A DNA stretch of 64,000 bases, taken from Protoeuglena noctilucae (taxonomy: Eukaryota). The stretch is from NCBI GenBank assembly GCA_958009085.1, contig OY253681.1, positions 930,001-994,000 on the forward strand, in the 5' to 3' direction. The notes beneath the pieces are model-generated. The model made no database searches. It saw only the letters and a list, made by a program, of their open reading frames with translations, and was not told the DNA's origin. Below are positions 52,017 to 62,744 of this stretch, piece after piece (within the stretch, counting starts at the first letter, position 1; the number at the start of each line of letters is the position of its first letter). Made by a program: the position numbers and the translations under genes.

Positions 52017-54372
52017 TCAGACGCGCAGCCCAGCATCAGACAGCCGCCGCAAGAGCTGCGCGCGGTACTCGGCCGGGCCAGGCAGGGACCCGCGCATCTG
52101 CTCCCCGCGCACGATGGCCGACGCCCAGGCCCTCTCCGCCGCCTCGCATGCTGACCGCAGGTCCCGGCCGCTCAGACCCTGCGGGCGGGGGTGCGCCGCG
52201 CGTCGCGCCGCTCCCGGGTGCGCGTCCCCGCGACGCTCGCCGCGGGGTGCGCGTCCGGTCACCTGGCACAGTCCCGCCAGCTCTGCCGTGGCCTCCCCTG
52301 GCAGCTGCCGGGCGTACTCCGCAAGGATGGCGGCACGCTCGGCGCGGTCGGGGAGGCCAAAGGTGACGGTAAGCCCGAACCGGGAGAGCAGCGCGGGGTC
52401 CAGGTCCGCCTTCCTGGGTGGGGGAGGAGAGAGGGGGGGTCAGAGAGAAGAGGGAGTCCACAGCCAAGCGCCGTGCTGCTGCCCTCGGCACTGCTGTCCC
52501 TCACCGGTTGGTGGCCGCGAGGACCACGACCCCCGGGGCGGATGAGAACCCATCAATCTGCCGCAGCAGCACCCCCAGCAGCCGCCGCGTGGCCTCGTTC
52601 ATGTCCGCGGCACGCGTGGCGGCCAAGCTGTCGACCTCGTCCAGAAAGACGATGCACTTGCCCAGGGACCGGGCGCCGTGGAACACCCTCGCGAGGTGCT
52701 TCTCGCTCTGACCGTACCACTTGCTGGCCACCGCCTCGACGGGGACGTGCACGAGGGGGGCGCCGGCCTCGGACGCTGCGGGGGGGACACCACGCACCGG
52801 ATGAAGGGTGCAGGCGCGGGCGAGACTGCGATATGCTGCATCGACGGCCCATCACCGATGACGCGCGCCATCATGGTCTTGCCGCAGCCGGGGGGGCCCT
52901 CGAACAGCACCGCGCGTGGGACGTGGGACCCTGCCGCCGTTTGCTGCCGCGTTCCCCGCATCACCTCCTCGTACACGTCCCCATGCCTGGCAGATTGGGC
53001 GGGGCGCGGTGAGACACGAGACGGCCATAGCATGGCCACCCACCACGCCACCCCATGCCACCCGCTGCCTCGCCTCAGCGCCATGAGCACCGTCTCCTCC
53101 ACCGCCCGCTTCTGCCTCTCGTAGCCCTGCATGCCCCCCCACGCCGGGCCGTCCCCCTTGCCCGGCATCACCACCTCCATCCCCATGCCCCGCAGCTCCT
53201 CCACCACCGACTCTGCGTCGGCGTGGGTGCCCGCCCGCCCCTCGCCATCCGCCCCCTCCACCTCCCGCCGCTCCCCGCCCGGCAGCCCCAGCCAGCCGCC
53301 CCGCGACAGCTCCCCCAGGCCAGGCACCCCGCCCCCCAGCATCCAGTCCCTCAGCATCTCAAACTCATCCTCCAGCGACCCCCCCGGCTGCTCTAGCCCT
53401 GCCGCCGCCGCCAGCACGCTCTGCAGCGCCTCCACCAGGGGAGGGGACTCGCACTGCGCGCAATGCGGGCTGGTCAGGGTGCGCAACTGGCCAGGCCAGA
53501 CGGCAGCGCATGCCACGTGCGACCTGGCCCTCGCCTGACTCGTAGGCACCGTCATCTCCACCCACAGTGCGCCCCCGTCCCCCCGACGCACGCGACCCCG
53601 CAGCAGCGGCGCCCCGCCCTGCAGCGGCCCCGACTGCACCTCCACGTCGCCCCGCGCGTCGACCGTCTCGACGCAGCTGCCCGTGACAGCGCGCCCCGCC
53701 CAGCAGAGGGCGCGGGCCACGGCGCGGCGGGCGTCGCGGGCTTGCGCCACCTCGCAGCGCACCACCAGCGCGGCGGCATCGGTGGGGGACCGTGACACTG
53801 ACAGCGACGCAGCGAGGGAGGGCGAGGGGGGGCCTGCAGGGGGTGACGGGACGAGATCACGTCAGCGCAGACCATCGCCTGCTACAAGCTGCTCTGGGTG
53901 GGCGGCCCTCGGGGCAGCCGCGCGCCTGCGTCTGGGCCTGGCAGGGCGCCCTGCGCTCGCCGCCGGTCGAAGCTCCTGCCGGCGTCCTCCAGCGCGTCTG
54001 CCCAGAAGACTGACAGGGCTTGGCGCAGCGACGTCACGGCATCGTCAGCTCCTTCGTCCGACTGTGGAAGGGGTGAAGCAGACATGAAGGTCGACTGCTA
54101 TCCAGCTGAAGCCGGGTATCCTGGTTATGTGCCGCTCTGCAGCCTCGTACCTTGGCGAGGGCAGGGGAGAGGGCTGCTCCCCACAGCAGCGCCAGCAGCG
54201 CCCCCGGGAGCCGCACATCGTCCCGTGTGGGCGCCGGGGGCGGGTGGGCAATCGAACCGCTGGTTCTCTGTCCCATGTTCACAACCCCCTGTTCCTCCCG
54301 GGCGACGAGTCGCACAGCCGCGGCGACGGCTCGGACAACGCGCGCGAGGGGTGCCCTCCGGAGGGAGGCCAT
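52017..54372 (-). CDS. Single-domain AAA+ ATPase with organelle-targeting-like N-terminus
   Basis: Walker A 'GPPGCGKT', pore loop 'SKWYG', Walker B 'VFLDEVD', 'AATNR..DLDPALLSRF', 'GLSGRDLR'. Confidence 0.85.
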
Positions 54373-54745
54373 CCGTGCCGCTGTGAGACGCCGATGTCAC
54401 AGGGGAAGCGCAGATTCCATGCAAGCTCAATTTTCGCAATACGAGTTCAATGGGCGCATCACAAGTTGCCAACGGGCGTCCCGTCGCCAGTGCCCCGGTG
54501 CTGGAACGTGGTGGAGCAGCCACACGGTTCGTGGATGCGATCGCATCCTTGGCCTCGATGTCTGCGTGGCCCGTGTGGCCGCAAGTGCTAGATTTTGCAA
54601 CCCGCGCTCGCGCATGGCCGCGTGCTTCCGCGACCGACGCTCCGCCCTCTCGCGCCGCGCCGCGCGTCCCATGAGTGCCTGCTGACGCTCCCGATTGCAT
54701 TGTGATCGCGTCGCAGCTGGGCATTTCTCAAGATCGGTCGCGGCC

Positions 54746-56623
54746 ATGGCGCGGCGACTGGTGGCTGGGGCGCTCGCCCGCATCGCCCAGGGTGCGCTCG
54801 CGAGCACCTCGGCCGAAGCAGGCGTTTGCCAGAGCTCGTACATGAGGAACGGGAGCCAGAGGCTGGCTTTCCATCACGAAAGGTAATTGCGCTGGCATGC
54901 ACGACCTGTGCGGACGAAGACGCCTGATGCTCATCGCGCCCCGCTTTCCCAGAGCCTTCTGATGCACGTTGCGTGAACACTTCCGAGGCATAGATATGCT
55001 GAAGAGCTTTTTTCGAGACGAAAGCCTCGCCGCGCGCCTTTGCCTTCCCGCGCAGGGCCGCGCTTTGGGCGCGCGATCTCCCCGGCGCAGGCTCGCCCTG
55101 GCCGATCGGGGCCCTCTTTTCGTCTTTCCGGAGATCGCTGGCGTCGGCGGCTGGGAGCGAGGCCTCGGTTCAACCCCAGGGCGCTGCGGTCGACAAGGCC
55201 GGAGGGTCTGCCGTGCCGCAGGGCGGCCGGACGAAGGGCAAGCGCGCACCCGCGGCCGTCAAGATATGGGCACCGCATAAAGACGCAGCCAGCTTCTTTG
55301 GGGCGGGCGAGGTGAGCTCCTGCGCGTGAACCCCAGCAGTCCCTCGGCGTGTCTCCCACCACCCTGACTTGTGTGGCTTGTTCTGTCTCTCCTTCAGGCA
55401 TCTCAGCGACAGGGACGGAGAGGCAAGCGGAAAGGGACCGAGACGCGGCGCGCATGGCGTGCGGTGGTGCCCTCGGTGATGGCCGACGTGCCCCCGCTGC
55501 CGCCCACGCCGCTCGAGGCGCCTCGCGACAGCCGGCGCGCCGGGCTCGTGGGGGTCAAGGTGCGCGTGGCGACGTGGACTCCCCGCTCGGCACCTGGGGT
55601 CCCCGCTGCTCCCTGTGGCTGCCCCGACGCGCTGCATCATGCGTCATGCCATGCCCCTCGCGCTCGCAGTGCGGCATGACCATGGAGTGGGACTCGGACG
55701 GGCGCATGGTGCCCCTGACGGTGCTCTGGTTCGATGGGTGCCAGGTGGTGCAGGTCCGCACCCCCTCCCGCGACGGCTACGCGGCCGTCCAGGTCGGGGC
55801 GGGGGCCAAGCGCACACGCCGCATGCGCCGGGCGCTGCTGCACCACTTCCGGGCACACGGGGTGCCGCCCAAGGCGCGCCTCAAGGAATTCCGCGTCACG
55901 CCGGTGAGTCCGGGGAAGCTGAGGGGGGAAGCTGAGAGGAGCCTGAGGGGCGTGGACCATGCAGTCCCAGGCATCGCACGCCTGGGCATGCGGGGAGCAC
56001 CGCGGGCGTGCCGTGCGAGTCGGCAAGACCCTTCTGCCTTCGCAGGATGCGCTCCTGCCCCCGGGGACGCCCCTCTCCGCGGCCCACTTCCGCGCCGGGC
56101 AGTACGTGGCGGTGCAGGGCACGACAATCGGGAAGGGGTTCCAGGGGGCGATGAAGCGCCACGGGTTCAAGGGCCTGCCCGCATCGCACGGCGTGTCGGC
56201 CGCGCACCGCAGCATCGGGTCCACCGGGCAGCGCAAGGACCCCTCGCGCACCTTCCCCGGCAAGCGCATGCCGGGGCGCATGGGCGGAGACACGCGCACG
56301 GGTGAGCGGGGGCACGCTTGGGCGCCCATTCACGCTCGCACCCGCGCCCGCACCCCGCCGACGCGCCCTCTCCGCCCTTGCCCCCAGTGTTTGGCGTGTG
56401 GGTGTACCGCGTGGACCCCGCGCGCAACCTGCTGTGGGTGCGCGGCCAGGTGCCCGGCCACGCCGGCAACTGGGTGTACGTGCGCGACGACGTGCGGCGC
56501 CTCAGCCGCGGGGAGGCGGCCATGCAGGGGCTGCCATTCCCCACCCACGTGGGCGCCCTGCCGCCCCCGGCCACGGCCGCGCCCGACAAGCCCCGCAGGC
56601 CCGGGGAGCCCATGTCGCTGTAG
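54746..56623 (+). CDS. Mitochondrial (bacterial-type) ribosomal protein uL3
   Basis: 'GLVGVKCGMT', 'DGYAAVQVG', 'HFRAGQYV...[15 protein letters not shown]', 'GKRMPGRMG', 'VRGQVPG'. Presequence-like '[12 protein letters not shown]'. Confidence 0.92.
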
Positions 56624-56642
56624 CGAGGCGCGTGCCCGGCCC

Positions 56643-57820
56643 TCACTGCCGCGGCCCCCAGGGCTCTCCCCACTCCCCCTGCTCGTGCCTGTCCTCCCCT
56701 TGCCTGCGCCGGTGCTTCCTGCGCCCGCGCTCCTCGCCCTGCCTGCCCTGCCTGCCCCCCTCGCTTGAACACGGCGCCTCATCCGCCAGTGGCCATCCTG
56801 TGGGCAACACAAGGGAAGGAGCAGGGCTCTGCAGCCCCGCAGAGGGCCGGGAGCCCAGCGCGCCCCGTGCCAGCCCCGCTCCCGCCTGCTCGCCTCCCGT
56901 GCGACTCCCCGCGTCCCTCTTCACCCTTTCCCGCTCCTCCTCCTCCCCCACCCCCACTCCCACCACCCCCGCCCCCTCCTCTGTGGACTCGTAAGGCACC
57001 GAGTCCCGGTGCAGGTGCACGATGCGCCACCCGCCCCTGTCCCCCGCGCCCACCCCGCTCCGCAGCACTGCCGTGTAGTATGCCATCTCGTCCACGGGCG
57101 CCCCTTGCCCGTCTTCGTACTGCTCCCGCACCAACGCCGTGGCCCACGCCAGGTCGCCCGCGCGGGCCACCTCGACGCGCGGGGGGTGGACCTGGCGAGG
57201 GCAATGCCACGCGGGCAGTGACAGGTGATCTCAGTGCAGCCCGCGGGGGAGGACCGCGCCAGGCCCCCCACTCTCACCAGGGAGCCCGCGAAGGGGCCCC
57301 GCACGAAGCCCTCGACCTCGTCCATGAAGAGCCAGAATCCCAGGGTCTGACCACGCCTGCGGATCGTGACCCCGTGGTCCAAGTACCGCCCCAGCCACTC
57401 GGGGTGCGAGAATGGGCTGCTGGCCCAGCCTCGGTCGTCGGGGCAGGGGGCGTGCGCGCTGAAGAACTGGCCCAGGAGGTCTCTGACCACGTCTCGTGCA
57501 TGGGCGTCAGGGACGGCTCGGATTGGCCCTGATTTGTGGCGCCGACGGACGCGCTGCGATGGGGGAAGGTACGCATCACGATCACCATGCTCGACATCAA
57601 CAGAAACGATGCGAGTTGCGAGTCTCCGATGCCTAGACCGCACGTATATGGAGGCACTTACGGTCGTGGGGCGAGCGTGGTGTGAAAGGGTGGACGCAGG
57701 CGCGGGGAAGATCCCCCCGCCTGGTCTTGGCCCGGAGATGCAAGGGACTGGAACGACCATGACACCCGCGTCGTTCACCCAATAGTCGGCATCCAGTGCC
57801 CGCACAGATGAGGCATTCAT
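56643..57820 (-). CDS. SnoaL/NTF2-like (DUF4440-type) domain protein
   Basis: '[12 protein letters not shown]...YTAVLR...GGWRIVHLH' is the typical NTF2-like C-terminal strand pattern; exons join through GT-AG. Confidence 0.55.
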
Positions 57821-58019
57821 GGGCAATCTCAGCGCCTAGAACAGCCCTGTCTGACTTCTGAGGGCTGGCATATGGACCGCCAGGCCATCTTGCGTGCCTG
57901 AAACTCGAAGATTGGTCTTCAAGCGATGCCGGACACGCAATCGTGATGCATGCAGAGAGACTGTCGTTGTACGGGGAGGGGATCCTTAGGCTCCATTGTT
58001 AGGCCGTTCCCGTGGCTCC

Positions 58020-59996
58020 ATGCCAGCCAGCCCGCTGCTCCTTCGCGTCTGCGTGGCACCCTTGCTCGTGCTCTTTGCCTCTACACTCCTCCAATGCTCG
58101 AAGGGCGTCGTTCTCGCGTCGCCGCCTGCGAGCCCCAGTCCAGCGCATGCGCGGTCTCTCGGCGGAGCGGAGCCCTCGCGGGGCGCCTCGTCCGCGATGA
58201 ATCCCTCGCGACATGCAGTGATGACAACTTCCAAAGGTACCGATCGCGATTCGAGACTCGCGGCCGGCGCGCTGGACAAGTGCTGCTGGTCACTGCGGCA
58301 TGCGGCGCAGTCAGCCATACCCGTCCCCCGCTCACGGCATGCGCGACCTCTTCCCCTCGCGCGACCCGCAGAGTGCATGGACGCCATCGCCATGAACCAG
58401 ATTACCGCTCTCGGAGCCCACAACGCCTACCACTCGCCGCCGACCAGCCGCAGCTTTTTGCAGAGAATGCTCCGGCTGTCGGGCCTGCTGGGGCTGTTCG
58501 GCTCCGGCGACCGGCTAGAAGCGCAGGGGTTCGCGCGCCGCCTCAGCCTGGGGTACCCGCGGCTGTCGGACCTCATCAGCCGGCTGGGGATCATCGCTGT
58601 GGAGTTGGACGTGTGGAAGGACACCCGGGGTGGGACCTACCAGTACCAGGCCCTGGTTAAGGCGAGATGCAATGGGGGCGCAGGCATTTCTCGGCCATGC
58701 TGGGCTGGCGAGGATGCGCGCAGTGCAGCTAGCCCATGGATCCACCCCCGACCCTGCAGCTGCTTAACAACCTGACGCTTCACCCGCTGGCATCGACCGA
58801 CTCGGGCGCTTCCATGGGCTCTCCCGGCTTTAAGGTCCTCCACAGCCCCGACCTGGACTACGGCGTCACGTGCCAGACGCTCGACGCATGCCTCGCAGAG
58901 GTGCAGTAGGCAGCCCGGGGGGCCCACCTGCCCCTCTTCGTCTTCCTGGAGTACAAGCACGCGGACGTGGCGTCCGAGGTGGACCAGGTGGGATGCTTGC
59001 GGGAGGGTGCAGTGAACGCGAGCGTGTCGCTTCCCGTTGACCTGCCTTGTACCGTTCACATCTCCGCAGCTGGCTGGCCTGGGCACGGCGGCCTTCCTGG
59101 ACCGCCTGCTGAGCCTCCAATCAGACCCTCCCCCACACGGCCTGGCGCGTGCTGAGGGGGTCGAGGAGGGCGACTGGGCGGCCATCGAGGCGGCGGTGCG
59201 GGCGCGGTTCCCCAGGGAGGCAGTGGTGGCACCGGGGGACGTCGAGATCGACGGCGGGACGGCGTGGTGGCCGCGGCTGGGGCAGGCCCGGGGGAGGGTC
59301 GCATTTGTCGGGCAGGGCGCTGCGGCGTCCCAGATCGATGCGCTGGGTCCCGACCGCATCCTCCACCGGTGCGCAGCGTCATGCGATGTAGTGAATGGCT
59401 TGCGTAGATGCGCCGTCACGCGATGTCCCTACCACGGTCGTTGCCCATGCGCCTGGCATCACCAGGACGCGCTTCCGTGCCCATTCAGGTATTGGGACTT
59501 GTGGGACCTGGTGGAGGGGGACGGCAAGCTGCGGGAGGTGTCTCGTGATACCCTCTTCTTGCAAGCGGAGGCGCGTGACCCGCTCCTGCCCCAGGCGGTG
59601 GCGCAGGCGAGGGCGGCCTGGCTTGCAGGCGTGGCGCTGGTCACGATGCGTGGGCGACCATCTCCACTGACAAAGTCGCGGCGATTGCAGGGCCGCATCG
59701 TCACGGGCATCGGCGCGCTGATGGACGCCCCCGGCGACCTCCCGGGCGACTCCACAGAGCCGGCCGAGGTCCGCGTGGCCCAGGCCGAGGAGCTGGCGAG
59801 GAGGTACGTGGCGGTGGGGGCGCACATCGTCAAGACGGACTACGTGGTGCCGCAGGAGGTGCGGGTGGCGGTGGGGTCTCTGATACGGCCGGAGAGGTTC
59901 AGCGCCGTCGACCTCGGCGGCGGGGCGGTGGTGCAGTGCAATCGTGCCGCGCTGGGCGAGGACGTGTTCCAGCAGGGGCGCTGCGCGGCTCCCTGA
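58020..59996 (+). CDS. Secreted Ca2+-dependent PI-specific phospholipase C-like (PI-PLC-C1, bacterial type) protein; one in-frame TAG at 58907-58909
   Basis: Signal peptide; 'MNQITALGAHNAYH', 'VELDVWKD..GG.Y', 'PGFKVLH.PDLDY..TC.TL..CL', 'HLPLFVFLEYK', 'WPRLGQARGRV', 'GAHIVKTDY', 'CN'. Confidence 0.75.
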
Positions 59997-60269
59997 CCCG
60001 TCTGAGCGCATGGCGCTAGGTATTCCGCCGGAGAGCATTGAAGGCGGGGTCGATGTGCCTGAACTGTGGCACAAGGCGGTGTGGCAAAACGTGATGCGTG
60101 CTGGCTGGGCTGTAGCCGAGCATCAGCGGCGAGGCAGGCCACAGTGCAGCAGCGAAGGAGCCTCCATGATGCTCCTGCCTCGCGGCATCTGTTGTTCGCG
60201 GGCAGCGTGGGGGACGCCCCAGCTTGCAGCGTCACAGGCAGAAAGGTTTGGCGAGTGATTTGCGATTGC

Positions 60270-62744
60270 ATGGAGACCCTCGACTTTGTGCAGTGGAAAG
60301 CAACCATGGCAGACCTGGAGCGGATCGCGGCCGACCTGGTGCGAGCTCAGCTGGGGCGCATACGTGGGGAAAGCGGCTCCCCTGCCCAGCGCGACGAAGC
60401 TCGCTGCTCGTCCGTTGACCCACGTTCGTTTATTGAACGAACATCGCGTTTTCTGCCTGCAGCTGGCCCGACTCGCGGCCCGCAACGCCGCGCAGCAGGC
60501 GCTGCGCCCGGTGGTGACGAGCTACCAGTCGCTGCTGCGCGAGTGCGTGGCTTTGGGAGGTGACCTCGCTCGTGAGCGACAGGCGGGCGCCCAGCTGCGA
60601 GATGAGCTGAGGACCGCGCGGCAGCACGCGGCCAGCGCCTCCGAGGCGGCCAAGGCGAGCAGAGCGCTGCGTCTGCCACTCACGGGCTGCTCGCTATGCA
60701 GCGATGCTGTGTGAGAAGGTGAGCCTGGATGTCGTCCGTCTCTCGCAGAGCTCGCCCCGCATCCAGGAGCTGGAGGGCCGCCTGTCGGCGTTGCAGGCGG
60801 ACCTGGTCGCTGCGTACCGTGACAAGAGTCGCCAGGCCGAGGATCTGCTGGCAGCGCGGGCAGAGAGAGATGCCCTGACGACGCAGCTGAGGTGGGGGAA
60901 TCACTTATGTGCCGTTGGCGGCGACGCAGGCGGGCGCTGCAGGTGAGGTGCTGTCACGATGGCATCCGTGGCTCGCCTCTGCCCCCAGGCAGCGGGTGGA
61001 GGAGCTGGCCGCGTGCCGCCGGGAGATGGCCGACCTGGAGGTGCGTGTGTCGGACGCGGAGGAGGTGGCGGAGAGCGAGAGGGACGCGCGGATGGCCGCG
61101 GGGGGGGAGCTCGAGGCGCGGCTGCGGGAGCGGGAGCGCGCGGAGGCGGAGGCGGAGGCGCTGCGTCGGGAGAACGGCGACCTGGTGTCGCGGGTGGTGG
61201 TGGTCAAGCAGGAGCTGGCGGACAAGATGAACGAGCTGATGGAGAGGGAGCAGGTGGGGGCGGTGGGTGAGACGGGTGCGGTTTTTGGGAGATGCAGTTG
61301 AGGTCATATGCACTACTCTTTTGCTTCTCTTTTGCTTCCACCATTCAGAACCTCGCCCGTCGTTGGGAGGAGCTGGAGCGCGAGCGGGCGCTGTGGAAGG
61401 AGGCGACGGAGAAGGGCGTGGGTGCGGTGCTGCTGGGGGACGAGGACACGCGCACGCACCGGGTGCCGGAGAAGCGCGTGCTGCACTTCACGGCCCACGA
61501 GGGGGGATGCGGGGACGTCGAGTTCAGCGCCACGGGCGCAGCGCTGGCCACTGGCGGCCACGACCGGCTGGTCAAGGTCTGGGACGCGACCACGGGGGCT
61601 AACCGACTGGTGCTGACGGGCGAGTGGCTGCGGAAAGAGGGCGGGCTGGCTGCGGGTGCGCATGGGCGGCTGGCGAGCGACCGGGGGCCTCGCTCTGCCA
61701 TCCATCCGCAGGCCTCACGGGGAGCGTGCTGGGCGTGGCGTGGACGCCGGACGACCGCCTGGTGCTGGGATGCAGCGCGGACCGCAGCGTCAAGGTGTAT
61801 GACGGCCTGTCGGGGCGGGAGGTGCACACCCTCACGGGGCACAAGGACAAGGTCACGCACGTGGGGTGACGGCCGGCCTGCCTGTCGGTGATGGCCAAGC
61901 ATGTAATGCTGACCATTAGTCTCGCAGAGCCCGACTGTCATTGTCGCGTCTCGCCCTTTGCAGGTGCGTCGGTGCAGACGGCACGCGCGCCGTGACGGCC
62001 GGAGCTGACCGCTGCATCAAGTTGTGGGATCTGGGGAACGGGTACGCGCGGCAGACCTTCCTGTGCCACAGCACGTGCAACGGCGTCGCGGCCGACCTGA
62101 CCGGGCAGACGATCGTGTCCGGGTGAGGGCTGCGGGGTGTGCGAGTGTGGTGCTGATGGCTGGCGAGGGGGTGCAGAGAGGCAAGGGGACGCCGATGGGC
62201 ATCGCGTTGTCGCTCCGCAGGCACTTTGACGGGGCCCTGCGGGTGTGGGATGCGCGGTCGGGTCGCTCGGAGCGCGAGGTCGAACACTTGCACGGCGCGG
62301 GCGTGGCCATCCACGGCGTCTGCGCTGCGCACGTGCAGTCGCTGGTGGGCAGCGTGGGCAAGGACGGGTCGGTCAAGGCGAGCGAGGGGCGGGGCAGGGG
62401 AGGCACTGCGCTTGTGAGCGGCGTCACTGGCGAACAGTGCCTTGGTCGGTGCCCTGCAGGTGGTGGACCTGCGCATGCTCGACGCCGGCCGCGCCCTGGT
62501 CCGCCACGCCGACTTCCGCCTGGGCCTGGGCAACTGCTCCGCGTGCTTCTCCCCCGACGACGCCTTCGTCGCCTGCGGGTCCCACGGCGGGGCGCTGGTG
62601 GCATGGGACGTGGCTAGGGGCGGGGTGGTGGCCGCGCTGGGGGGCGGCGGGGTGGGGGCACCGCCGTTGCAGGGCGTGTCGTGGAGCAAGCAGGGCCCCG
62701 TCGCTGTTGGGGACCGCGCGGGAGGGGTGGCTGTGTGGGCGTAG
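60270..62744 (+). CDS. ATG16: Autophagy protein ATG16-like (coiled coil + WD40 repeats)
   Basis: Coiled coil ending 'LRRENGDLVSRVVVVKQELADKMNE', then 'VP......AHEGGC' and WD40 repeats ('ATGGHDRLVKVWD', 'HTLTGHKDKV', 'SGHFDGALRVWD'). Confidence 0.85.

Noticed and set aside
16814..58909. Genome-wide stop-codon reassignment (TAR=Gln as in some ulvophytes, or TGA=Trp)
   Set aside because: All three stop codons end genes in this window, and highly conserved genes have no internal stops.
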